Below are positions 16,968 to 25,659 of a DNA stretch of 64,000 nt, piece after piece. Under the pieces are notes generated by a model. The model saw nothing but the letters and a program-made list of their open reading frames with translations, did no database searches and was not told the origin of the DNA. The stretch is taken from the NCBI GenBank assembly GCA_002069705.1, contig MWBV01000002.1, positions 2,691-66,690 of the forward strand, given 5' to 3'. How positions within the stretch are numbered: the stretch's first letter is position 1; each line of letters opens with the position of its first letter. Origin of the DNA: Candidatus Diapherotrites archaeon ADurb.Bin253 (GTDB taxonomy: Archaea; Nanobdellota; Nanobdellia; Pacearchaeales; GW2011-AR1). The position numbers and the translations under genes were made by a program.

Positions 16968-17019
16968 ATTATCTCCTATATTCTATTATATTTAAAGAGA
17001 TTATTAAACATTTTGATAA

Positions 17020-17619
17020 TTAGATATTTCTATAATCTAGTTCATTGTTCACAACAGCAACTGTTTGTGATGCAAAATACATCTTATTCCCTATAGAAAC
17101 AGGTTTACAATAATTTTTTAATCTTTTAAGTTCTTTTTTTGGAAGCCCTTCATGGTCTCCAATTATAAAAACACAATTTTTAGGGATATTTATCTTTCTT
17201 ATATCTTCTCCTTTTTTATCCAATATAAAAATTTCATTCCCTTGCCCAATTAATTCTTCAATAACACTAAGAAAACTTTTTTTCTCAACAAAACATCCTG
17301 GAAAAACCTCTGTTTTTTCTTTTTCTTTGTATTTGTAAAGTATTTTTTTTATCATATTTCCAACATCTTTTTTAGATATTTGTGTTTCATCTTTAACTTG
17401 GATTTCAATATGTTTTGGAGGGTCAGGCATACCATAAAAGACAAAATGGAATTTGCAATCTTTTCTGAAATCATGTGATAAAAAAACTCCTTGAATAAAG
17501 CTGTGTATTGCAATATCCATTCTCCCTGCTTTCATTAAGTCCCCATCATATTGAGAATATTTAGATAAAGCACTTCCAGATGTTGCAGCTGAACTTGAAA
17601 AATATACAAATTGACGCAT
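17020..17619 (-). CDS. trmY: tRNA (pseudouridine54-N1)-methyltransferase TrmY (SPOUT, DUF358)
   Basis: Collinear with remembered MJ1640-type TrmY: AGRMDIAIHSFIQGVFLSHDFRKD, PPKHIEI, VFIIGDHEGLPKKE. It lies directly downstream of cbf5 with a 1-nt gap. Confidence 0.7.
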   Translation of the reverse strand: MRQFVYFSSSAATSGSALSKYSQYDGDLMKAGRMDIAIHSFIQGVFLSHDFRKDCKFHFVFYGMPDPPKHIEIQVKDETQISKKDVGNMIKKILYKYKEKEKTEVFPGCFVEKKSFLSVIEELIGQGNEIFILDKKGEDIRKINIPKNCVFIIGDHEGLPKKELKRLKNYCKPVSIGNKMYFASQTVAVVNNELDYRNI

Positions 17620-17620
17620 T

Positions 17621-18493
17621 TTATCCTCTGATTTCCTGCATTACAAATTCAGGTTTAGCAAATATTTCTTTTCCCCTGAAGATTTTATACATCCCGACAA
17701 AATTACCATTACAAAAACAGCTTACAATTGAATCAACTTTCCACCCTTCATCTTCAATTAAATCCTTTTTGTAAATAGGTTTTCCTGTTAATATTTGTTT
17801 TAAATTATCTTCTCTTATATTCATAACAGGATAGACCCTTCCAACAATCTCTGCAGGGATAATTATCTCTCTTAAAAATTTCTCATTTCCTTTTTCATAC
17901 TCTTCAACAGCTTTTTCAAATTCATACATATTTACAGAATAGGTTTCATCAAAGATACCTGCACTTAATCTTCTCAACTCAAGCATATGCGCCCCAATTT
18001 TTGTCTCTTTACCCAAATCATCTATTAATTTTCTTATATATGTTCCACCTTCGCATTTAACTCTAAACAAAATATCTCTGCCTTTCTTTTGCAATAATTC
18101 AAAAGAGTATATTTCTCTTGGTCTATTCTGTCTTTTTACTCTGGACTTTACAGGAGGCATTTGTATTATTTTTCCAATAAACTTCTCTTGTATTGCTTTT
18201 TTTATTATTTCAATATCAATATCTTCATGGATTCTCATAACTCCAATATATTCCTTATCTTCACCTAAAAAATATCCTGTTAATTTACATGCTCTATTGA
18301 GAGCAACAGGTAAAACTCCAGTTACCTTTGGGTCAAGTGTTCCAAAATGAGATGTTTTTCTTAATTTCAATCTTTTAGCTGTAAATGCAGAAACACTAAA
18401 ACTTGTAGGACCAGAAGGTTTATCTAAATTTATTATCCCAAATTCAAGCAGTTCCTTAATTGTTTTTTTATTTTTTATCTCTTCTATATTCAT
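17621..18493 (-). CDS. cbf5: tRNA/rRNA pseudouridine synthase Cbf5 (TruB family with PUA domain)
   Basis: GIINLDKPSGPTSFSV and HFGTLDPKVTGVLPVAL (catalytic Asp motif). The C-terminal region is PUA-like. Confidence 0.9.
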   Translation of the reverse strand: MNIEEIKNKKTIKELLEFGIINLDKPSGPTSFSVSAFTAKRLKLRKTSHFGTLDPKVTGVLPVALNRACKLTGYFLGEDKEYIGVMRIHEDIDIEIIKKAIQEKFIGKIIQMPPVKSRVKRQNRPREIYSFELLQKKGRDILFRVKCEGGTYIRKLIDDLGKETKIGAHMLELRRLSAGIFDETYSVNMYEFEKAVEEYEKGNEKFLREIIIPAEIVGRVYPVMNIREDNLKQILTGKPIYKKDLIEDEGWKVDSIVSCFCNGNFVGMYKIFRGKEIFAKPEFVMQEIRG

Positions 18494-18608
18494 AAAACTC
18501 TTAATTTTCTATGATTTAAAAGATTAATCTATTTATCCAAAGTATATATTGCAATATATATTTTATAGTATATCTTATTAAAATAAAATGTAAAATAATT
18601 AATTAAAT

Positions 18609-19316
18609 TTATATTTCTCCTTTTAGATAATCCTTTCTTTTTTCTTCAGGAAATTTTTCAATAGAATATCTGAGCATTGTTCTTGGCATAGTTTTGTATC
18701 TTTCTTTGAGAAATATCTCTAAAACTTCTTGATTTCTTTTACCAACTTCTCTTAGCATCCATCCCACTGCTTTGTGAATTAAATCATGTTCATCTTTAAG
18801 AAGCATATCTGCAATAGCAAGAGTCTCTCCAAAAATTCTCTTTTTTATGAATGCATAAGTTGAAACAATTGCTATTCTTCTTTCCCAAAGATTTTTGGAT
18901 TTTGCAAGAAATCTTATTACTTCTGTTCCATCTGTGCTTGAAAAATCTCCAACAATATTTGGAGCACTTAAATCCACTAAGTCCCAATTATTTATATTGT
19001 GTGTGTTTTTTAGATAAAATTCAAATATTTGTCTTTTTTTTACAAAATCTTTTTTACTTTTTTGATATTTATTTGTGAGGATTATCAATGCAATTAATCT
19101 TTCTTCATGTATCTTGCTATTTAAAAGAGTCTGTAAATCCATAAAAGATAAATTCGTATATCCCTTTGCAATTTTTCTTTGTATAGGTACTTTTATCCCT
19201 AAGAAAATGTCTCCTTCACCGTATTCTCCTTTACCTGTTTTAAAAAATCTTTGGAGTATTTTAGCTTGTTCAGGATTTTTAGCTTCTTCAATTTCTTTTT
19301 TTAATCTATTCAGCAT
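18609..19316 (-). CDS. DNA alkylation repair protein (AlkD-like HEAT-repeat family)
   Basis: 235 aa with QRFFKTGKGEYGEGDIFLGIKVPIQRKIAK, NNWDLVDLSA and HKAVGWMLREVGK, typical of the DNA_alkylation family. Confidence 0.75.
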   Translation of the reverse strand: MLNRLKKEIEEAKNPEQAKILQRFFKTGKGEYGEGDIFLGIKVPIQRKIAKGYTNLSFMDLQTLLNSKIHEERLIALIILTNKYQKSKKDFVKKRQIFEFYLKNTHNINNWDLVDLSAPNIVGDFSSTDGTEVIRFLAKSKNLWERRIAIVSTYAFIKKRIFGETLAIADMLLKDEHDLIHKAVGWMLREVGKRNQEVLEIFLKERYKTMPRTMLRYSIEKFPEEKRKDYLKGEI

Positions 19317-19409
19317 CTTTAATCCTCTTTATACTTTGTATAATAACTTAATATATATGGTTTATTAAGATAATTAATTTACAATATTTTTATCAAGAAA
19401 ATTTATAAT

Positions 19410-19991
19410 TTATTTCTGAAGTGCTACTCTTACAGGTTTAACTGCTTTTTTTGGTTTTTCAGTCTGATGTTTTGCTTGCTTGGCTTTTTCTTTCTGGAAT
19501 TTCTGGTTTGCTTCTACAGTAGCTTTCTCTTTTTCAGCAATTTCTTTTTTATCATCTACACCGTCTTTATTTTCGTCTTTTTCTTCTGGTTTTTGCAAGC
19601 TCTCTTTCATCTTTTGCATCATGCCCTTCTTACTTTCTATATTCTCAAGAGCAGCTTTTCTTGCCTTTTCTTCTCTTAATTTTTTGAATTTAAGATTATC
19701 TGGATAATCTACAAGCTGCACAATTATATTTTCTCCTTTTTTTATTGCTTTAACTTTTATCTTATGAGGATGTTTTCTTATTCCTCTAGCCCATAAGAAT
19801 TGATTTAAATCTTTGTCAATTTTAATTTTATTCAAATCTCTGTTTTCTACTTTCATATGCTTAGCTAAAAATTCCTTTATTGTCTTTATTGCCTTTGGAG
19901 TTTTTTTGTATCTTGCAACAACTCTACTTTTCTCTCTTAAAGGAATAACATATTCTCTTTCAATCTTGTTTTCTGATTTTTTGTTTGCCAT
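19410..19991 (-). CDS. rpl31e: Ribosomal protein L31e with long K/E-rich C-terminal extension
   Basis: The core REYVIPLRE ... IKIDKDLNQFLWARGIRKHPHKIKVKA is L31e. About 100 extra C-terminal residues are Lys/Glu-rich. Confidence 0.85.
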   Translation of the reverse strand: MANKKSENKIEREYVIPLREKSRVVARYKKTPKAIKTIKEFLAKHMKVENRDLNKIKIDKDLNQFLWARGIRKHPHKIKVKAIKKGENIIVQLVDYPDNLKFKKLREEKARKAALENIESKKGMMQKMKESLQKPEEKDENKDGVDDKKEIAEKEKATVEANQKFQKEKAKQAKHQTEKPKKAVKPVRVALQK

Positions 19992-19992
19992 T

Positions 19993-20475
19993 TTAATTTA
20001 ATTTTGCTTTAGCCCTTTCTATGTCCCGAATTTTTTCTAACAATCCTTCTGGAAGATTATCTTCCTCATAACATATACACCCCAATTCTAATTCAAACAT
20101 AGATTTTACTGCTTTCATAGTATCTCTTGATGCTTTATTCAGATTAACTTTCAATTTATGAATATCTGTTTTATAATTTAAATGCATCATTACATTTCCT
20201 TGAGGCCCTTGATAAAAAACATTTTCTTTGTAATCTTTATATCCTGTTGTTGTTTCAAGAAATTTCTTTTGTTGAGGAGTAATTGTATTTGATTTTTTCC
20301 AATTATAAGAACTTAAATCTAAACCATTAAAATCATACTTTCCATTAATTATGAATATTTTGTGGTCTGGTTCATCTGATTTAGGCAAATCCATTCCAGT
20401 AATTTCAGATTTCATATTCGAGTATACACAATATTTTTTATATCTAGGATTTTCTTCTAATGTCATTTTAACCAA
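19993..20475 (-). CDS. Hypothetical protein, 160 aa, sited between rpl39e and rpl31e
   Basis: Track ORF with no recognised motif. There is a 1-nt gap to rpl31e and an 8-nt overlap with rpl39e. Confidence 0.5.
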   Translation of the reverse strand: MVKMTLEENPRYKKYCVYSNMKSEITGMDLPKSDEPDHKIFIINGKYDFNGLDLSSYNWKKSNTITPQQKKFLETTTGYKDYKENVFYQGPQGNVMMHLNYKTDIHKLKVNLNKASRDTMKAVKSMFELELGCICYEEDNLPEGLLEKIRDIERAKAKLN

Positions 20476-20671
20476 AATGCGATTTCCTCCTTTTTCCTGG
20501 TTTAACGTGAAGTTTAGTTCTTCTCCATGAGCGCTTGTATTTTGTCATAATTGAAGGATGTACTCTCTTTCCTGTTCCGTATTTTTTAAGTACAGCCCAA
20601 ACTGGTGCCCACTTTGTTTGCCTTCCTTTTTTTGCAAGAATTCTTTTTTTATTTTTGTTTTTTATAGGCAT
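20468..20671 (-). CDS. rpl39e: Ribosomal protein L39e
   Basis: KKRILAKKGRQTKWAPVWAVLK and KRSWRRTKL match L39e. There is a short basic C-terminal extension. Confidence 0.8.
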   Translation of the reverse strand: MPIKNKNKKRILAKKGRQTKWAPVWAVLKKYGTGKRVHPSIMTKYKRSWRRTKLHVKPGKRRKSHFG

Positions 20672-20922
20672 TTTAATCCTCCTTTTTCAGACAACATATT
20701 CCTAATTTGTTTTTCATATTTTTCTGGAAGAAATATTTTGCTAGCTCTCTCATTATAATAAATATGAAATGCCTGTCCATTAACTCCATAAGTTTTTCTT
20801 ACAGTTCTTTCCATCTTATGGGTTTCTGTTTCTTGAAATAATGCTCCAACAACACCACTAACTTCCATTAATTCATCAATGGTTAATGGCTTATTGTTTT
20901 TCATTAGAGAATACTCTATCAT
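20662..20922 (-). CDS. Hypothetical protein, 86 aa
   Basis: Track ORF. It overlaps both neighbours by a few nt, consistent with co-translation in the S19e-L39e-L31e unit. Confidence 0.45.
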   Translation of the reverse strand: MIEYSLMKNNKPLTIDELMEVSGVVGALFQETETHKMERTVRKTYGVNGQAFHIYYNERASKIFLPEKYEKQIRNMLSEKGGLKCL

Positions 20923-21356
20923 TTTCCTCCTCCAATCCCCTCTAAGAATTTTTTCCCTTTATCTGTTAATATTCTTCCTGGTTTTTTGCTTCTCACACCT
21001 CTAATTGGTTTTTGAATCTCTGTAAATCCAGCTTTATCTGATTGCTGTAAAATTGTTCTTATTATTTTACCTGAACCTTTAGAAAATTTTTCAGGTTTAA
21101 ACCCTCTGTCCTTTTTTGAACCGTATTTTGTTCTTAATCTTTGAACTCCAATAGAACCTTTTTTGTAAATACATCTAAGAACAGATGCAGCTCTTTTATG
21201 CCAGAAATCTTCATCATCTATTGGTCTTTCTTTTCCTGCTCCAGATTTAACAAATTTTGCCCATTCTGGTTCATTAAATTCAGGTATTTTTTTTAAAGCT
21301 TCAGCTAATTTTATATTGTACTCTTGAGCACGCATATCATATACTGGATTTTCCAT
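20919..21356 (-). CDS. rps19e: Ribosomal protein S19e
   Basis: PEWAKFVKSGAGKERPIDDEDFWHKRAASVLRCIY and RLRTKYGSKKDRGFKPEKF are typical S19e. Confidence 0.9.
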   Translation of the reverse strand: MENPVYDMRAQEYNIKLAEALKKIPEFNEPEWAKFVKSGAGKERPIDDEDFWHKRAASVLRCIYKKGSIGVQRLRTKYGSKKDRGFKPEKFSKGSGKIIRTILQQSDKAGFTEIQKPIRGVRSKKPGRILTDKGKKFLEGIGGGK

Positions 21357-21444
21357 TTTAGTTTTATTCTAATTTATTCGGCTTGTCTCACGACAATAGA
21401 TTAACTCTTAGAGTTATTTACCTAGAAATTATGGTTAAGGAGGG

Positions 21445-21452
21445 TTTATAAA
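21445..21452 (-). promoter_or_regulatory. TATA box candidate (TTTATAAA) for the rps19e unit
   Basis: The octamer sits in the 109-bp gap upstream of rps19e. It would give a leader of roughly 60-70 nt, which contains a small hairpin with a GUGA loop (uugucGUGAgacaa, about 21382-21396). Confidence 0.35.
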
Positions 21453-21465
21453 TTATTTGGTTTGA

Positions 21466-21750
21466 TTATACTTCCTTTTCTTCTTCGGGATTTTCTTTTA
21501 AGTTCTCTCTCCTATCTCTTCTCCATTTCTTAATCACAATAGTATATCCAATTATCCTTGATGTATAATTGTTTCCCAGCTCTCTTAGTATTTTCTCATT
21601 TATCTCTCTTAATTCTTCTCTGTCTCTACAACAACTTTTCAAGACAGAAACTTTAACATTTTTAGTATTATTAAAATGGTGTTTAAGATTACTAATGAAT
21701 TGTTCTGTAACCCCGTTTTTTCCTAATTGTATTTGTCTTATTGCCGGCAT
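21466..21750 (-). CDS. YhbY-like CRM-domain RNA-binding protein
   Basis: IQLGKNGVTEQFISNLKHHFNNTKNVKVSVL and RIIGYTIVIKKW match the CRS1/YhbY fold signature. Confidence 0.7.
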   Translation of the reverse strand: MPAIRQIQLGKNGVTEQFISNLKHHFNNTKNVKVSVLKSCCRDREELREINEKILRELGNNYTSRIIGYTIVIKKWRRDRRENLKENPEEEKEV

Positions 21751-21752
21751 TT

Positions 21753-22148
21753 TTATTCCTTGATTTTATTTTTTTCAATATATTCTTCTATCTCTTTCTT
21801 TTTTACTTTAATTATCTTTGGTTTTTTATTTATTCCCCATGTCCCACTTTTCATAAATTTTTTCTTATAAACTTCTTTTCCTGTGAATTGATGAACTTTA
21901 ACATCTCCTTTGTTGTCTCTCCAATCCTGGCTTTTAGATGCACAGATTATAGCAGAGATTTTTATTTCCTGTTTTGTTGGTTTAGGTTTTATTTTATCAA
22001 TAACACAAAAAGGGCTTCCTGGTTCAGCAGTATGGAGTATTAGATTAGGTTTTCCACAGTAACTTTTAACAAGTTCATCATTATTTTCAGAATTTTTACC
22101 TAAAAATATTTTTGTTCCAGAATCAAGGATATATTCTCGTGGTTTCAT
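21753..22148 (-). CDS. NFACT-R (DUF814) domain protein
   Basis: GTKIFLGKNSENNDELV, LILHTAEPGSPFCVI and SAIICASKSQ follow the DUF814 pattern. Confidence 0.6.
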   Translation of the reverse strand: MKPREYILDSGTKIFLGKNSENNDELVKSYCGKPNLILHTAEPGSPFCVIDKIKPKPTKQEIKISAIICASKSQDWRDNKGDVKVHQFTGKEVYKKKFMKSGTWGINKKPKIIKVKKKEIEEYIEKNKIKE

Positions 22149-22179
22149 ATATCTTTTAATAAAAATATGTTTTTAGATT

Positions 22180-22683
22180 TTATCTTTTCTTCTTAATTAA
22201 CCAGTCATTAACAATTTTCATACATTTTTTTTGATTTGGCCAAGTAAGTATTTTAATTGCTTCATTGAAAGAAGCCCACTTGTGTCCATTATGTTCAATT
22301 GGGTCAAGCTTTAATTTTCCATCTCCTTTTTCAACCTGCACAGCAAAAAGATGATAGGTCTGCCCTATTTTATCAGGTCTATCCCATATTTTTTTAAGAT
22401 AAAGATAACTTCCATGTTCCTTAAATCTCTTAACTTTTAATACCTTTAATCCTGTCTCTTCATTTACTTCTCTTCTTGCAGCTGCTTTTTTTGTTTCAAA
22501 CTTCTCAATCTTACCTTTTGGAAACTCCCATCCTTTCCAGTGTTTTTTTCTTTTTAAAATCAAATATTCTATTTTTCCTTCAGGAGTTATATAATAAGTT
22601 ACTGCAAATACAGCTTTTCTGTATTTTTCATCTTTTATCTTATTTTTTTTATTGTTTATTTTTTTACTTGTTTGTTTGTTCAT
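22180..22683 (-). CDS. NUDIX hydrolase
   Basis: Nudix box GKIEKFETKKAAARREVNEETGL (Gx5Ex7REUxEExGU). Confidence 0.85.
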   Translation of the reverse strand: MNKQTSKKINNKKNKIKDEKYRKAVFAVTYYITPEGKIEYLILKRKKHWKGWEFPKGKIEKFETKKAAARREVNEETGLKVLKVKRFKEHGSYLYLKKIWDRPDKIGQTYHLFAVQVEKGDGKLKLDPIEHNGHKWASFNEAIKILTWPNQKKCMKIVNDWLIKKKR

Positions 22684-22963
22684 CTTTAACCTCTTCTTTT
22701 TCTTTTAACATCCTTGAAACTATCATTATTCCCAATACACATATAACAGTTACAATTATTGCTCCAATAACTGTTCCTCCCAATGTGGCATTACCAGATA
22801 ATTTAGTAACAGTTTCTGTAACAACATCTTTCCAGACAAGAGCAATTAAAAAACCAAATGCTGCTAGTATTGCAGTACTCATTTGTTTTTTGAATTCTCT
22901 TTTGAATACCTTTACTCCTGTTTTTGCTCTTTCTTTTATTTTTTTTGCCCTTAATCTTTCCAT
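22664..22963 (-). CDS. Small membrane protein, 99 aa
   Basis: Track ORF with two TM helices (MSTAILAAFGFLIALVW, VIGAIIVTVICVLGIMIV). It lies between rbcL and the NUDIX gene. Confidence 0.5.
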   Translation of the reverse strand: MERLRAKKIKERAKTGVKVFKREFKKQMSTAILAAFGFLIALVWKDVVTETVTKLSGNATLGGTVIGAIIVTVICVLGIMIVSRMLKEKEEVKDEQTNK

Positions 22964-22999
22964 TTCAATTATTTATGTTCTTGTTAACTTCTTTATTAT

Positions 23000-24268
23000 C
23001 TATTCTCCCCAATTTTCTAACGCTCTTTTTAATTCTTCATGGTTTTCAGAATATTTTTTAAGTGATTGTTTTTTCATAAACGCATCAATTGCTTGTCTCA
23101 TTGCTTTTGCTCCAGCAATTGTTCCATCAGGATGTCCATGAACCCCACCTCCTGCTTGAACTACAATGTTATTTCCCATTGCCTTTAAAATCTTAGGTAC
23201 AATTCCAGGATAAACTCCTCCAGATGCAACTCCTAAAATGGGTTCGATATTATACCATTTTTGTTCCAAATTCATTTTTGTTTGAGGAGTAAATTGCATT
23301 TCAATTTCTTCTTGTATATGAAGAATTTCTTCTTTGTTTCCTGTCATCTTTCCATATACTGTTCCAATATGTAATGTATCTACTCCAACCATTCTTGCCA
23401 ATTGAGCAATAACTTCCATAGACATTCCATGGTCTGGATTTCTATCATATATTGCATGTCCTGCCCTGTGTGCATGAATAGGAAGCTTTGTAAAATTTCT
23501 TGCAGTTTGCAATGCTCCCCATCCTAATGTTAATATATCCAACATGATATAATTCCCCCCATTCTCTTCAACAAATTTTATTCTTCTTTTCATTTCTTCA
23601 GATTCTGCAGTGCAATTAATTAAGTATGCTTTTTTCTCTCCTGTTTTTTTCTCAGCATCTTTACATGCCTTGATAGTTAATAAAAATCTTTTTTTGAAAT
23701 TATTAAAATTCTGATTAGTTAAATTTTCATCGTCTTTAACAATATCACATCCTCCAATCCATGCTTCATAAGCGACCCTTGCATGATTTTTTTCATCAAG
23801 TCCAACTTTTGGTTTTATTATTGTTCCCACCAAAGGTCTTTTGGGAATCTTCATTAATTTTCTTAATCCATAAATTCCATATCTTGGACCCTTAAAACTT
23901 TTCAGCATTTTTTCAGGAATTCTCAAGTCTTCCCACATAAGCCCTTTTACTGATTTCATTCCATATATATTTCCCCCAATACTCGAGAGTATTTCAGGAA
24001 CATTTCCTAATTCAAACAATTCAATAGGATAAGCAATTCTCACTCTCTTTTCTTTTTCATTCATATAATATATTTTCGGAGATAATTTTTCAGCAACTTT
24101 CTTATTCATTGTTCCAATATTTGTCCATGTTCCAATAGAGCTTTCTCCAGCAACTTCTTCAGAAACTTTTTTTAAAGTATATCCTTTTGAGGGAGTTATT
24201 TTATATTGACAAATAACATCTGTCTTCTTTGGTTTGTATTTTAAATTAAGAAATTTATTTTGCATCAC
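23000..24268 (-). CDS. rbcL: Ribulose-1,5-bisphosphate carboxylase large subunit, archaeal form III-like
   Basis: 422 aa with GGCDIVKDDENL (carbamylated Lys region), PIHAHRAGHA and GGGVHGHPDG. The size and lack of a small-subunit gene fit form III. Confidence 0.85.
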   Translation of the reverse strand: MMQNKFLNLKYKPKKTDVICQYKITPSKGYTLKKVSEEVAGESSIGTWTNIGTMNKKVAEKLSPKIYYMNEKEKRVRIAYPIELFELGNVPEILSSIGGNIYGMKSVKGLMWEDLRIPEKMLKSFKGPRYGIYGLRKLMKIPKRPLVGTIIKPKVGLDEKNHARVAYEAWIGGCDIVKDDENLTNQNFNNFKKRFLLTIKACKDAEKKTGEKKAYLINCTAESEEMKRRIKFVEENGGNYIMLDILTLGWGALQTARNFTKLPIHAHRAGHAIYDRNPDHGMSMEVIAQLARMVGVDTLHIGTVYGKMTGNKEEILHIQEEIEMQFTPQTKMNLEQKWYNIEPILGVASGGVYPGIVPKILKAMGNNIVVQAGGGVHGHPDGTIAGAKAMRQAIDAFMKKQSLKKYSENHEELKRALENWGE

Positions 24269-24353
24269 TATTTTACCTCTTTTACATTAACAATATTACT
24301 AAAATATTTTTGGTTTTTAAATTATTCTTATTTGTTTTTGAATTTCAATTAAA

Positions 24354-24545
24354 TTACTTTCCACAATAAGTTAATTCCATTCTTTTGCTATGAAACGCTT
24401 TACATTCTTTACAATTAGAATGTCTTGGACAAGATAATTCAGGACACCTACATTTAGGATTAAAGGTTTCCTCATTTTTTATTTTGCTTTTAGACCTTTC
24501 TTCTGGAATAAAATATTCCTCATTTTCTTCTATTTTGTCTTGCAT
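24354..24545 (-). CDS. Small Cys-rich protein, 63 aa
   Basis: The C-terminal half is CRCPELSCPRHSNCKECKAFH....YCGK, a candidate metal-binding cluster. Confidence 0.45.
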   Translation of the reverse strand: MQDKIEENEEYFIPEERSKSKIKNEETFNPKCRCPELSCPRHSNCKECKAFHSKRMELTYCGK

Positions 24546-24576
24546 AAATTATTTAGAAACTCGTTAATTTAAAAAA

Positions 24577-25080
24577 TTATTGATTTAGTTTATTTTTCTT
24601 TTCACTTTTACTTGTTCTTTTGTTTCCATCCTTCATTTTTTTACTTGTCCAGTAAGAGACATATATAAGAACTACCAATGCAATACTTAAAATTATAAAT
24701 CTCACCAAATCATCCATATAATTCCAGTATCTACTTGTTCCATAAATAATGAACATCAAACTCCCAAACATCAATCCCCCTGAAATAGAATTTGTACTTA
24801 TAAATATTGTACATCCAACAATAACTAAAATTCCAAATATTAAACTTATTATAAACATTTTTTTAGAATAATCTTTGTTCGCTTCATTATATTTATCCGA
24901 ACACTCTCTATAAACTTGTGTATAATAAGATTCATTGATATAATCTGTTTCTGAAAATTCTTGATAATCGCAATAATCTTCGTATTTCGGTTCATCATAT
25001 ATTAATTTTGTTCCAAAAACACAAAACATCAAAAATATTATTGCTATCGCAATTCCAAGTATAATCTCTTTTATTTTCAT
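24577..25080 (-). CDS. Membrane protein, 167 aa
   Basis: Track ORF with an N-terminal anchor and three further hydrophobic helices. Its start context is identical to that of the upstream paralog gene. Confidence 0.5.
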   Translation of the reverse strand: MKIKEIILGIAIAIIFLMFCVFGTKLIYDEPKYEDYCDYQEFSETDYINESYYTQVYRECSDKYNEANKDYSKKMFIISLIFGILVIVGCTIFISTNSISGGLMFGSLMFIIYGTSRYWNYMDDLVRFIILSIALVVLIYVSYWTSKKMKDGNKRTSKSEKKNKLNQ

Positions 25081-25095
25081 TTTATAGATTTATGT

Positions 25096-25644
25096 TTATC
25101 TTGCTTTAGATGTTGCTGTAAAAAGTATGTTATCATATTCCTGATATACTCCATCAATTTCACTTTTAATTTCTATATTATAACTAACAGTACACAAAGG
25201 AGATCCAGTAGGAATCTCGAAGTATATCTTTGTAACATAATAATCTCCAAAACTTATAGGAATATTATCTTCAGATTTTCCATTTGAAATCCAATCTAAT
25301 ACATTTTCATCACCACATGTACTCTCAGCAACAACAACATTATAAGAAAATATTGAAACATCAGAAGAATTTTCTAATAAGTTTCTTATCCCAAGTGCAA
25401 TAGCTTCTTCTTGTCCTTGTTTTATTATTAAACTCCTTGATTTAGGATATATTGCCGACTTATCTTCATCTGAACCAAAAGCTTTTCCAATTTCATTTGC
25501 TGACTGTTGTTCTGTTAAAGGTAATACTCTCTCCTTGGCAGAGTCTCTTTCAACACCTTCTTTTAAAATTAATTCGTTTACTAAAATAGCTATAATTACT
25601 AAAGATACTATTACAAGAATTATAATCTTGGTTTTTCTTTTCAT
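25096..25644 (-). CDS. Membrane-anchored secreted protein, paralog B of a tandem pair
   Basis: It shares NEIGKAFGSDE, AIYPKS, IKQ.QEEAI.LGIRNLL, STCG.ENVL.WI, GDYY.TKIYFEIPTG.PLCTV and a TSKAR end with the 25660 gene. Confidence 0.6.
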   Translation of the reverse strand: MKRKTKIIILVIVSLVIIAILVNELILKEGVERDSAKERVLPLTEQQSANEIGKAFGSDEDKSAIYPKSRSLIIKQGQEEAIALGIRNLLENSSDVSIFSYNVVVAESTCGDENVLDWISNGKSEDNIPISFGDYYVTKIYFEIPTGSPLCTVSYNIEIKSEIDGVYQEYDNILFTATSKAR

Positions 25645-25659
25645 TTTATAGATTTATGT

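Noticed and set aside
21387-21394. Recurring CTCACGAC octamer with similar flanks at 21387, 28573 and in each mre11 repeat unit (for example 50812), considered as a shared regulatory motif
   Set aside because: At 28573 it is simply part of the RNase P RNA (a GUGA tetraloop hairpin on the minus strand). At 21387 it forms a similar small hairpin in the rps19e leader. In the mre11 repeats it forms no hairpin and is on the other strand. Three to five hits of an 8-mer are too few to claim a motif without genome-wide statistics.
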